Of a stretch of DNA of 64,000 bases, positions 11,132-20,614 are shown one piece after another; the stretch's first letter is position 1, and every line of letters begins with the position of its first letter. The translations under genes and the position numbers were made by a program. The notes under the pieces were generated by a model. It had not been told where the DNA came from, searched no databases, and was given only the letters and a program-made list of their open reading frames with translations. The DNA comes from an uncultured Gammaproteobacteria bacterium (GTDB lineage: Bacteria > Pseudomonadota > Gammaproteobacteria > GCA-001735895): NCBI GenBank assembly GCA_963835795.1, contig CAWIHJ010000015.1, positions 57 through 64,056 of the forward strand. Reading direction: 5' to 3'.

Positions 11132-11989
11132 ATGAACATCAAAACGATTGGCGTGGTCGGCGCCGGCACCATGGGCAACGGTATCGCGCAGGTGTGCGCG
11201 GCGGCGGGCCTTGAAGTCATCATGCAGGACATCAACGATGCCCAGGTCGAGCGCGGAGTGAACACCATCTCCGGCAGCCTCGATCGCCTGATCAAGAAGG
11301 AAAAGATCAGCGATGCCGACAAGCAGGCGACGATGACCAATATCACCACCACCACGGCGCTGACCGAGCTGGCCAATGTCGATATCGTCATCGAAGCCGC
11401 GACCGAGAACGAAGCGCTGAAACTCGACATCTTCCGCCAACTCGACGCGGCCTGCAAACCCGAAGCGATTCTCGCGAGTAATACCTCGTCGATTTCACTC
11501 ACGCGCATCGCCGGCGTGACTTCACGCGCCGGCCAGGTGATCGGTATGCATTTCATGAACCCGGTGCCGATGATGGCGCTGGTCGAAGTGATTCGTGCGC
11601 TGCAAACCACCGACGAGACTTACCGCGCGGTGCACGATCTCAGTGAATTTATCGGCAAGGTTCCGGTCGAAGCCAAGGACAGTCCCGGATTCGTCGCTAA
11701 TCGCATTTTGATCCCGATGCTCAACGAGGCCGCTTACGTGTACTACGAGGGGCTCGCCAGCGCCGAGGGTATCGACGAAATCATGAAGCTTGGCATGGCG
11801 CACCCGATGGGTCCGCTAATGCTCGCCGACCTGATTGGCCTGGACACCTGTTACGCGGTTATCAAGGTATTGCACGAGGGATTTGGCGATTCCAAGTATC
11901 GCCCCTGCCCGATCTGGCAACAAATGGTCGACGCCGGTTACCTGGGTCGCAAGAGCGGTCGCGGATTTTACAATTACGAGGATCAGTAG
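11132..11989 (+). CDS. hbd: 3-hydroxybutyryl-CoA dehydrogenase.
   Basis: 285-aa intact ORF with NAD-binding IGVVGAGTMGNGIAQV and the HADH motifs NTSSISLT, HFMNPVPMMALVE and SPGFVANR. Confidence 0.9.
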   Translation: MNIKTIGVVGAGTMGNGIAQVCAAAGLEVIMQDINDAQVERGVNTISGSLDRLIKKEKISDADKQATMTNITTTTALTELANVDIVIEAATENEALKLDIFRQLDAACKPEAILASNTSSISLTRIAGVTSRAGQVIGMHFMNPVPMMALVEVIRALQTTDETYRAVHDLSEFIGKVPVEAKDSPGFVANRILIPMLNEAAYVYYEGLASAEGIDEIMKLGMAHPMGPLMLADLIGLDTCYAVIKVLHEGFGDSKYRPCPIWQQMVDAGYLGRKSGRGFYNYEDQ

Positions 11990-12168
11990 ACGCAAATTCG
12001 GTGTTCAAGGATCGCGGCGCAGGCCTGTTGGACCACACCGGAGAAAATATATTTTACAGCCCCGGCGTTTAACGCTGTAATACGAACCATTCTTTCCACG
12101 AACTGGTAAACTGTTACACAAAGACCGGCCCAGCGCCGGCGAACCGATACCGAAGTCATAATAAATAC

Positions 12169-14145
12169 ATGGACCAGGCGAGCGATCTCGATACTTTTCC
12201 CAAGCTGCTAGTCAGCCATGTGAAACTGCGCCCGCAAAAAGCGGCGATGCGCGAGAAAGACCTCGGAATCTGGCAATCCTGGAGCTGGGCCGAAGCCGCC
12301 AACGAGATTCGCAGTCTCGCCTGCGGACTGGCAGATCTCGGCCTCAAGCGCGGCGAAAAGCTCGCCATCATCGGTGACAATCGCCCGCGACTCTACTGGG
12401 CGATGACCGCAGCACAAGCGCTTGGCGCCATTCCGGTACCGCTTTACCAGGACGCGGTGGCCGACGAAATGGCTTTTGTGCTCGACAACGCCGATGTCAA
12501 AATTGCCCTTGCCGAAAACCAGGAACAGGTCGACAAGCTGCTCGAAATCCACGCGCGCTGCCCCAGCCTCGAACACATTATTTTCGACGACACCCGCGGT
12601 CTCGGATCCTACCAACACGATTTCCTGCACGACTTCGACCAGGTGCAGCGTGCCGGTGTTGAATTCGATCGCCAGCATGCAGGCTTCTACGACACGGAAG
12701 TCGCGGCCGGTTACGGCAAAGAAATATCGATCATGCTGTACACCTCGGGCACGACCGGCAAGCCCAAGGGCGTGATGCTGAGCAACGACAACGTGATCAT
12801 CACCGCGCGCAACGGCATCGTCCGTGAAGGCCTCGGCGCCGATGAAGAAGTACTCGCTTACCTGCCGATGGCCTGGGTGGGCGACAACCTGTTTTCCTAT
12901 GCACAATCCTATGTCGCCGGGTTTTGCGTCAGCTGTCCGGAAAGCGCTGCCACGGTGGCCAATGATCTGCGCGAGATTGGCCCTACCTATTATTTCGCCC
13001 CGCCGAGCATTTACGAAAACATGCTGACCCAGGTGATGATTCGCATGGAAGACGCAGCACCGATCAAGCGCCGCATGTTCCACTACTTCATGGAGCACGC
13101 GCGCCGGGTGGGTGTGCGCATTCTGAACCGCGAAACGGTCTCGCTCAAGGACTCGCTGATATACCAGCTGGGCAACATTCTCGTCTACGGACCCCTCAAG
13201 GACGTGCTCGGCCTGCGCCGCACGCACCTGGCCTACACCGCCGGCGAAGCCATCGGCCCGGATATCTTCGATTTCTATCGCTCGCTCGGCATCAACATCA
13301 AGCAACTCTACGGCCAGACCGAATGCATGGTGTTTATCTGCGTGCAACCGGACGGTGAGGTCTACGCCGATACCGTGGGCACGCCGGCCATCGATGTCGA
13401 AATCAGGATCGACGACAACGGCGAAATCATGTATCGCAGCCCCGGTGTGTTTCAGTCTTATTACAAGAACCCCGAATCCACCGCCAGCACCAAGACCGAA
13501 GACGGCTGGGTGCATACCGGCGATGCCGGTTTTTTCGACGACAGCAACGGCCATCTGAAGATCATCGATCGCGCCAAGGACGTCGGCAAACTGAACGACG
13601 GCACCCTGTTTGCGCCCAAGTACATCGAAAACAAGCTCAAGTTTTTCTCCTTCATCAAGGAAGCCGTGGTGTTCGGCAACGAGCGCGATTTCAGCACCGC
13701 GTTCATCAACATCGATCTCGACGCGGTCGGCAACTGGGCCGAACGCCGCAACCTCGCCTACTCCGGCTACATCGATCTCGCCGGTCAGGCGGCGGTCTAC
13801 GACTTGATCAAGGACTGCGTCGACAAGGTCAACCAGGATCTTTCGCAGGATTCGCGCCTCGCCAATTCGCAGATTCGACGCTTTCTGATCCTGCACAAGG
13901 AGCTCGACGCCGACGACGGCGAGCTGACCCGTACGCGCAAGGTACGCCGCAGTTTTGTCGGTGAACGCTTCGCCAAACTGGTCGACGCGCTCTACTCCGA
14001 GCAGCGCGAGTGTCACATTGAAACCGAGGTGACCTTCGAGGACGGGCGCACCGGGAAGCTTGCGGCCAACGTGCGCATCTGCGATGCCGAGGTGTATGCG
14101 CCAGACGCGCAACAATCCGCGCAACCGAGGGATGCCGCCGCATGA
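12169..14145 (+). CDS. AMP-dependent acyl-CoA synthetase/ligase (long-chain-fatty-acid-CoA ligase-like), first gene of the ligase-ABC-ligase module.
   Basis: 658-aa intact ORF with the AMP-binding motif LYTSGTTGKPKGVMLS and WVHTGDAGFFD...LKIIDRAKD. 4-nt overlap with the following ABC ATPase gene. Confidence 0.85.
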   Translation: MDQASDLDTFPKLLVSHVKLRPQKAAMREKDLGIWQSWSWAEAANEIRSLACGLADLGLKRGEKLAIIGDNRPRLYWAMTAAQALGAIPVPLYQDAVADEMAFVLDNADVKIALAENQEQVDKLLEIHARCPSLEHIIFDDTRGLGSYQHDFLHDFDQVQRAGVEFDRQHAGFYDTEVAAGYGKEISIMLYTSGTTGKPKGVMLSNDNVIITARNGIVREGLGADEEVLAYLPMAWVGDNLFSYAQSYVAGFCVSCPESAATVANDLREIGPTYYFAPPSIYENMLTQVMIRMEDAAPIKRRMFHYFMEHARRVGVRILNRETVSLKDSLIYQLGNILVYGPLKDVLGLRRTHLAYTAGEAIGPDIFDFYRSLGINIKQLYGQTECMVFICVQPDGEVYADTVGTPAIDVEIRIDDNGEIMYRSPGVFQSYYKNPESTASTKTEDGWVHTGDAGFFDDSNGHLKIIDRAKDVGKLNDGTLFAPKYIENKLKFFSFIKEAVVFGNERDFSTAFINIDLDAVGNWAERRNLAYSGYIDLAGQAAVYDLIKDCVDKVNQDLSQDSRLANSQIRRFLILHKELDADDGELTRTRKVRRSFVGERFAKLVDALYSEQRECHIETEVTFEDGRTGKLAANVRICDAEVYAPDAQQSAQPRDAAA

Positions 14146-14943
14146 GCGAACGCAACATCGGCGACGTCATTCTCAAGGTGGACAACATCAGCCTGTCGTT
14201 TGGCGTGATGAAAGTGCTCGACGACATCAGCTTCGACGTACGCCAGGGTGAAATTCGCTCGATCATCGGACCCAACGGCGCCGGCAAGAGCTCGATGCTG
14301 AACGTGCATCAACGGCTTTTATCATCCGCAGCAGGGCATCGATTACCTTCAAGGGCGAGACCCGCAAGCAGATGGCGCCGCACGCGCCGCAAGCCAGGGC
14401 ATCGCGCGCACCTTCCAGAACATCGCGCTGTTCAAGGGCATGAGCACGCTCGACAACATCATGACCGGGCGCAACCTGAAGATGAAGACCAACCTGTTCT
14501 GGCAGGCCCTGCACATCGGTCCGGCGCGCGCGCGAGGAACTGGAAAATCGCGAGGCGGCGGAACGATCATCGACTTTCTCGAGATCCAGGCGATCCGCAA
14601 AAAACCGGTCGGGCAAACTGCCCTACGGCCTGCAAAAACGCGTCGAACTCGGCCGCGCACTCGCCGCCGAGCCGGAACTGCTGTTGCTCGACGAGCCCAT
14701 GGCGGGGATGAACTCGGAGGAAAAGGAGGACATGTGCCGCTTCATCCTCGACGTCAACGACGAGTTCGGCACCACCATCGCGCTGATCGAGCACGACATG
14801 GGCGTGGTGATGGACCTGTCCGACCGGGTGCTGGTGCTCGACTACGGCAAGCAACTGGCCGACGACTACCCGGACGAGGTGCGCAGCAACCAGACGTCAT
14901 CGACGCCTATCTCGGAGTCCCGCATGAAGAGGTGACCGGCTAA
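14142..14943 (+). pseudogene. livG: LivG-type ABC transporter ATP-binding protein, with about seven frame changes.
   Basis: Conserved segments lie in alternating frames: GPNGAGKSSMLNV | INGFYHPQQG | SITFKGETRKQMAPHA | SQGIARTFQNIALF...HIGPAR | REELENREAAE | IIDFLEIQAIRKKPVG | KLPYGLQKRVELGRALAAEPELLLLDEPMAGMN...IEHDM... | DVIDAYLGVPHEEVTG*. Breaks are near 14307, 14338, 14385, 14530, 14565, 14612 and 14892. Confidence 0.85.
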
Positions 14944-15836
14944 TGCTGTTCTTTATCGAAGTCGTGCTGAGCGGCCTGATGGCCGGCGTCATGTATTCGC
15001 TGGTCGCGCTCGGCTTCGTGCTGATCTTCAAGGCCTCGGGCATCTTCAATTTCGCCCAGGGCGTGATGGCGCTGTTCGCCGCGCTGACCCTGGTCGGCCT
15101 GATGGAAAAGTTCGACTTCCCGGTATGGCTGGCCATCATCGGCACCATCGCGGTGATGATTGCACTCGCCTGGCTGATCGAACGCCTGATGCTGCGCCAC
15201 CTGGTCAACCAGGAACCGATCATCCTGTTCATGGCCACCATCGGCCTCGCCTACGTGCTCGAAGGCATCGGCGACATCCTGTGGGGTTCGGACGTCAAAC
15301 TGCTCGACATCGGCATTCCCCAGGGCGCCTGGGACTGGCTGTGGGATCAGGGCATCTACGTCGAGAAACTGGAGCTGTTCGCCGCTGGCACCGCCGCCAT
15401 CCTGGTCACCGTTCTCGCCATTTTCTTCCAGAAAACGCGCATCGGTCGCGCGCTGCGCGCGGTGGCCGACGATCACCAGGCGGCGCTGTCGGTGGGCATC
15501 TCGCTGAACACCATCTGGGTCATCGTCTGGTCGGTGTCCGGTATCGTCGCGCTGGTCGCCGGCATCATGTGGGGCAGCAAGTCCGGGGTGCAGTTCTCGC
15601 TGTCGCTGATCGCGCTGAAGGCCCTGCCGGTGCTGATCCTCGGCGGCTTCACCTCGGTGCCGGGGGCGATCATCGGCGGCATCATCATCGGCGTCGGCGA
15701 AAAACTGGCCGAGGTCTACCTCGGGCCGCTGGTCGGCGGCGCGATCGAGAACTGGTTTGCCTACATGCTGGCGCTCGCCTTCCTGCTGTTCCGACCGCAG
15801 GGTTTGTTCGGCGAAAAGATCATCGAACGAGTATGA
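14943..15836 (+). CDS. livH: LivH-type branched-chain/HAAT-family ABC permease.
   Basis: 297-aa intact, multi-TM ORF with typical LivH motifs (GIFNFAQG, ALKALPVLILGGFTSVPGAIIGG). Confidence 0.85.
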   Translation: MLFFIEVVLSGLMAGVMYSLVALGFVLIFKASGIFNFAQGVMALFAALTLVGLMEKFDFPVWLAIIGTIAVMIALAWLIERLMLRHLVNQEPIILFMATIGLAYVLEGIGDILWGSDVKLLDIGIPQGAWDWLWDQGIYVEKLELFAAGTAAILVTVLAIFFQKTRIGRALRAVADDHQAALSVGISLNTIWVIVWSVSGIVALVAGIMWGSKSGVQFSLSLIALKALPVLILGGFTSVPGAIIGGIIIGVGEKLAEVYLGPLVGGAIENWFAYMLALAFLLFRPQGLFGEKIIERV

Positions 15837-15850
15837 GCCTGAACTAAGCC

Positions 15851-16930
15851 ATGATTTATCGCGAAACCGGACAATTCAAGACCAGCTACCAGGCCGACCA
15901 GGCGCTGTTTCCGATCGCCCAGGATCGTATCGTTATCCTCGGCGTGCTGATTGTCACCTTTGTCGTCATCCCCTCGTTGTTAAACGAGTACTGGCTGAAC
16001 GCCATCCTGCTGCCCTTCCTGATCTACTCGCTGGCGGCACTCGGACTGAACATTCTGACCGGCTACTGCGGCCAGGTGTCGCTCGGCACCGGCGGCTTCA
16101 TGGCCGTCGGCGCCTACTCGGCATACAAGTTGATGATCGCCTTTCCCGAACTGGGCATTCATTCCACTGGTGCTTGATTTCCGGGGTGATCACCGCCGCC
16201 GTCGGCATCCTGTTCGGTTTGCCGTCGCTGCGCATCAAGGGCTTTTACCTCGCGGTCGCCACCCTGGCGGCGCAGTTCTTCCTGATCTGGTTGTTCAACA
16301 AGGTCGGCTGGTTTTACAACTACAACGCGTCCGGCATGATCAACTCGCCGCCGCTGACCCTGTTCGGCGTGATCGTCACCGGCCCCGAAGGCGACATGAC
16401 CGCCAAGTACTACATGGTCGCGGCCTTCGTGGCGGTGTTTGCGCTGCGCCGCGAAAAACATTGTGCGCGGGCGCATCGGCCGCAACTGGATGGCGATTCG
16501 CGACATGGACATCGCCGCCGAATTGATCGGCGTGCGCCCACTGATCGCCAAGCTGTCGGCGTTCGCGGTGTCGTCGTTTTACATCGGCATGGCCGGCGCG
16601 CTGTATTTCGCCGTCTGGCTGGGTTCCGCCGAACCCACCGAGGCCTTCGACATCAACCAGTCGTTCCTGGTGCTGTTCATGATCATCATCGGCGGCCTCG
16701 GCTCGGTGCTGGGTTCTTTCCTCGGCGCGGCATTTCTGGTGTTGATGCCGATCCTGTTGAAGAATATCATGGTCGACGGCTTCGGCACCGATGCCGCGCT
16801 CGCCACGCACATCGAAATCATCATCATTGGTGTGTTGATCATCTGTTTTCTGATCGTCGAACCGCACGGGCTTGCGCGCCTGTGGCGGATCGCCAAGGAG
16901 AAACTGCGCCTGTGGCCATTCCCGCACTAG
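15851..16930 (+). pseudogene. livM: LivM-type ABC permease with three +1 frame breaks (~16160, ~16177, ~16448).
   Basis: Three pieces concatenate: 15851..16177 (LNILTGYCGQVSLGTGGFMAVGAYS), a middle frame (ISGVITAAVGILFGLPSLRIKGFYLAVATLAAQFF) and 16439..16930 (GRNWMAIRDMDIAAELIGV...). Total length is 3n, consistent with three +1 events. Confidence 0.8.
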
Positions 16931-16998
16931 GGCATATACGCCTGCAGACGCTAATTGCGAATGTTAAAACAGTCACTATAACTGGAGGAAGAAGAGAA

Positions 16999-18338
16999 AT
17001 GAATATTAAAAAACTGACAAGAACCGCTCGCGGCGGCGCTGCTGGCGCTGCCGCTGCTCAGCGGCGTGGCCAGCGCTTACGAACTGGTCATTCCGTCGTT
17101 CGACTACCGGACCGGGCCCTACGCACCGAACGGCATCCCCTTCGCCAATGGCTTCGGCGATTACATGCAGATGCTCAACGAGCGCGACGGCGGCATCAAC
17201 GGTGCCAGAATCAGCCTGGTGCCCTGCGAAACGGCCTACAACACCAAGCATGGCGTCGAGTGCTACGAAAACACCAAGAACGAAGGTCGAATCCGGCGCG
17301 CTGGTTTTCCAGCCGCTGTCCACCGGTATCACCTACCAGCTGATTCCGAAGGCCAGCGTCGACGAGATCCCGATCTTCTCGATGGGCTACGGCCGCACCT
17401 CGGCCGCCAACGGCAAGGTTTTCCCGTGGGTGTTCAACTTCCCGACCACCTACTGGAGCCAGGCCACCGTGTTCGTCAAGTACATCGGCGAGCAGGAAGG
17501 CGGTATGGACAAGCTCAAGGGCAAGAAAATCGCGCTGGTTTACCACAACTCGGCCTACGGCAAGGAACCGATCCGCACGCTGGAAAAGGCCGCGGAAAAG
17601 TTTGGCTTCGAATTCCTGCGCTGCCGGTCGACCACCCGGGCCAGGAACAGAAATCGACCTGGCTGCAGAGTCCGCAAGGAACGTCCCGACTGGGTGCTGA
17701 TGTGGGGCTGGGGTGTCATGAACCAGGTCGCCATCAAGGAAGCCGCTTCGATTCGCTTCCCGATGGATCATTTCATCGGTGTCTGGTGGTCGGGCTCTGA
17801 AAACGACGTGCTGCCTGCCGGCGATGCGGCACATGGCTACCTGTCCGGCGCTTTCCACCAGCCCGGCAGCAATTTCCCGGCACACGCCGACATCCGCAAG
17901 CACGTCTACGACAAGGGCATGGGGCTTGGCGATCGCGATCGCATCGGTGAGGTGCTCTACAATCGCGGGCTGGTCGCGGCGATGTGGACCAGCGAAGCGA
18001 TTCGCAAGGCGATGGAAATCCACGGCACCAATGAAGTCAACGGCAAAATGGTGCGCGATGGCTTCGAAGCGCTCGATGTCGACGAAGCGCGCCTGAAAGA
18101 GCTGGGTCTGCCGAACTTTACCATTCCGGTCAAGATCACCTGTGAAAATCACGAGGGCCCTGGCCAGGTAGCGCTGCAACAGTGGGACGCCAAGGCGAAG
18201 AAGTGGACCCTGGTGAGCGATTTCTACGAGCCGATGCGCGATATTACCGGACCGCTGATCGAGGAAGACTCGGCGCAGTACGCCAAGGAAAACAACATCA
18301 CGCCGCGCGATCTGCTAGGTATTGGCACTGACACCTGA
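16999..18338 (+). pseudogene. livK: LivK-type periplasmic substrate-binding protein with four frame breaks (~17027, ~17285, ~17618, ~17670).
   Basis: Pieces in different frames: MNIKKLT... | LAAALLALPLLSGVASAYELVIPSFDYRTGPYAPNG... | ESGALVFQPLSTGITYQ... | ALPVDHPGQEQKSTWLQ | VRKERPDWVLMWGWGVMNQ.... Signal peptide is present. The RBS GGAGGAAGAAGAG lies upstream of the ATG at 16999. Confidence 0.8.
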
Positions 18339-18444
18339 TAGCAGCCTGGAACGTGAGCGACGCAGACCACGATCGGACTGAGCAGCCGAAGCAACGCTGC
18401 TGTCGGTCAACAATATCGAGGTTATTTACGATCACGTCATCCTG

Positions 18445-19191
18445 GTGTTGAAGGGCGTGTCGTTTGAAGTACCCGAGCAGGGCATTGTTGCCCTGCTCGG
18501 TGCCAACGGCGCGGGTAAGACCACCACGCTGAAGGCGATTTCCAACCTGCTGCGCGCCGAGCGCGGCGACATCACCAAGGGCAGCATCGAATTCGAGGGC
18601 AAGCGCATCGACCGCATGACCCCGGCACATCTGGTGCAACAGGGCGTCATCCAGGTCATGGAAGGCCGCCATTGCTTCGAACATCTCACGGTCGAGGAAA
18701 ACCTGCTTACCGGCGCCTATACCCGGCGCGATGGCGGCGCCGCAATTCAGCGTGACCTGGAACTGGTGTATGGCTATTTCCCACGCCTGAAAAGCCGTAG
18801 CCGCGCACAGGCGGGGTACACCTCGGGCGGCGAACAGCAAATGATCGCCATCGGCCGCGCGCTGATGTCGAAACCGAAAATGATCTTGCTCGACGAACCG
18901 TCGATGGGACTCGCGCCGCAGCTGGTGGAAGAAATATTCGAAATCGTCGCGCGCCTGAACCAGGACCAGGGCGTCACGTTCCTGCTCGCCGAGCAGAACA
19001 CCAACATCGCGCTGCGCTATGCCAATCACGGTTACATCCTCGAAAATGGCCGCGTGGTGCTCGACGGCAGCGCCGCCGAACTGCGCGAAAATACCGACGT
19101 CAAGGAATTCTATCTCGGCATCAGCGAGGGCGAGCGCATCAACTTTCGCGACGTCAAACACTACCGCCGGCGCAAGCGCTGGCTCACCTGA
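18445..19191 (+). CDS. livF: LivF-type ABC transporter ATP-binding protein. The true N-terminus probably lies upstream and appears frameshifted.
   Basis: 248-aa ORF with Walker A GANGAGKTTT, signature SGGEQQM, Walker B ILLDEPSMGLAP. The in-frame upstream peptide LLSVNNIEVIYDHVILV (from ~18388) is the expected first beta-strand but has no start codon. A GTG at 18353 (MSDADHDRTEQPKQ) is in a different frame, implying a -1 break near 18390. Confidence 0.75.
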   Translation: MLKGVSFEVPEQGIVALLGANGAGKTTTLKAISNLLRAERGDITKGSIEFEGKRIDRMTPAHLVQQGVIQVMEGRHCFEHLTVEENLLTGAYTRRDGGAAIQRDLELVYGYFPRLKSRSRAQAGYTSGGEQQMIAIGRALMSKPKMILLDEPSMGLAPQLVEEIFEIVARLNQDQGVTFLLAEQNTNIALRYANHGYILENGRVVLDGSAAELRENTDVKEFYLGISEGERINFRDVKHYRRRKRWLT

Positions 19192-19248
19192 TACCGTTCG
19201 AAGGCGGTTTTTTCGCGATAGCGGCGTCAACCTGATCGGTCCTGATGT

Positions 19249-19296
19249 CGTCATTCCCGCGCATTTTATTTCGTCATTCCCGCGCACAGCGGAATC
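19249..19296 (+). repeat. One and a half copies of the REP-like unit (GTCATTCCCGCGCA ... GTCATTCCCGCGCACAGCGGAATC).
   Basis: Direct reading. It has the same core as the unit at 10941. Confidence 0.55.
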
Positions 19297-19356
19297 TTAT
19301 AACATAGCGTGATCTCTCCCCTGGATCCCGTTCCGGCCAGAATCTGCTGAACTACC

Positions 19357-20599
19357 ATGAGCGAATATTACGACGATCTCGAAACCCGCGGCAGCGATGA
19401 ACGCGCAGCCGCGCAACTGCAGGCGCTGCGCGCGCAACTGCACCACGCCCGGCAAAACACCACGGCCTATGCCGGTTTGCTCAAGGACATCGATATCGAC
19501 TCGATCACCGACTTCGACGCCTTCACCAGCGTGCCGATCACGCGCAAGTCCGAACTGATTACCTGCAGGGCGAGCAGCGCCCTTTCGGCGGCTACACGGC
19601 CCGCGACGGTGCGCAGTTGTCGCACGTCTTCGCGTCACCCGGCCCCATCTACGAGCCCGGTTTCGCGGTTGCCGATTTCTGGCGCTTTGCGCGTTCGCTC
19701 TACGCCAGCGGCTTTCGCCGGGGCGATCTGGTACACAATTGTTTCAGCTATCACTTCACGCCCGCCGGGCTGATGTTCGATGCGGCCGCACAGGCGCTCG
19801 GCTGTGCGATGATTCCGGCCGGCGTCGGCCAGACCGAATTGCAGGTGCAGACCATTGCCGATCTGTCGCCCAGCGCCTATGTCGGCACCCCGTCGTTTTT
19901 GAAAATCATCCTCGAACAGGCCGATGAACTCGGCAGCGACGTCAGCTCGATCGACAAGGCGATGGTCAGTGGCGAAGCCCTGCCGGCGCCATTGCGCGCG
20001 CAGCTTTGGCGAACGCGGCCTGCGCGTGCAACAGTGTTATGGCACCGCGGACCTCGGCCTGATCGCCTATGAATCCAGCGCGCTGGAAGGCTTGATCATC
20101 GACGAGGGCGTTTATGTCGAAATCGTGCGCCCCGGTACCGGCGAAACCGTTGGCGAGGGCGAAGTCGGCGAAGTGGTGGTCACCAACCTCGATGCCAATT
20201 ACCCGTTGATTCGCTTTGCCACCGGTGACCTGTCGGCTTACCTGCCGGGCATCAGCCCCTGCGGACGCACTAACCTGCGCATTCGCGGCTGGATGGGGCG
20301 CGCCGATCAGACCGCCAAGGTGCGCGGCATGTTCATCCATCCCGAGCAGGTCGACAAGGTGGTCAAGCGCCACGCGCGAGATAGGGCGCGCGCGCCTGGT
20401 GATCGACTGGGTCGAGCAAACCGACCAGTTGACCTTGCAATGCGAGTGCGAAACAACCGATGCCGAACTGCAGGCGGCCATCGCCGACAGCATGCGGTCG
20501 ATTTGCAAACTGCGCGCCGAAGTCGAAATCGTGACACCGGGGAGCCTGCCCAATGACGGCAAGGTAATCGACGACATTCGTCAATACGACACGAAATAA
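19357..20599 (+). pseudogene. Phenylacetate-CoA ligase-like (PaaK family) adenylate-forming enzyme with three frame breaks (~19560, ~20008, ~20372).
   Basis: ORFs 19357.., 19617.., 19924.. and 20216.. concatenate: ...VPITRKSELI | YLQGEQRPFGGYTARDGAQLSHVFASPGPIYEP...PSFLKIIL... | FGERGLRVQQCYGTADLGLIAYE...IRGWMGRADQTAKVRGMFIHPEQV... | EIGRARLVIDW... Confidence 0.8.
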
Positions 20600-20614
20600 C
20601 GGGGCGGCTGAAAT

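Noticed and set aside
12208-14124. A 638-aa ORF on the minus strand, almost exactly antisense to the acyl-CoA synthetase gene.
   Set aside because: It is a typical high-GC shadow ORF. The plus-strand frame carries clear AMP-binding motifs. The antisense translation is low-complexity (Arg/Gly/Ala/Val-rich) with no recognisable domain.
15757-17343. A 528-aa plus-strand ORF spanning the livH-like, livM-like and binding-protein genes.
   Set aside because: It is a composite. Only its middle part (about 16177-16448) and the first codons of the binding protein (16999-17027) coincide with conserved coding frames. The rest is out-of-frame read-through created by the frame breaks.
14142-20599. Programmed ribosomal frameshifting or transcriptional slippage as an explanation for the split genes.
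   Set aside because: There are too many events (up to seven per gene), in both directions. They lack consistent slippery heptamers or downstream structures, and they occur in gene families not known to use recoding.
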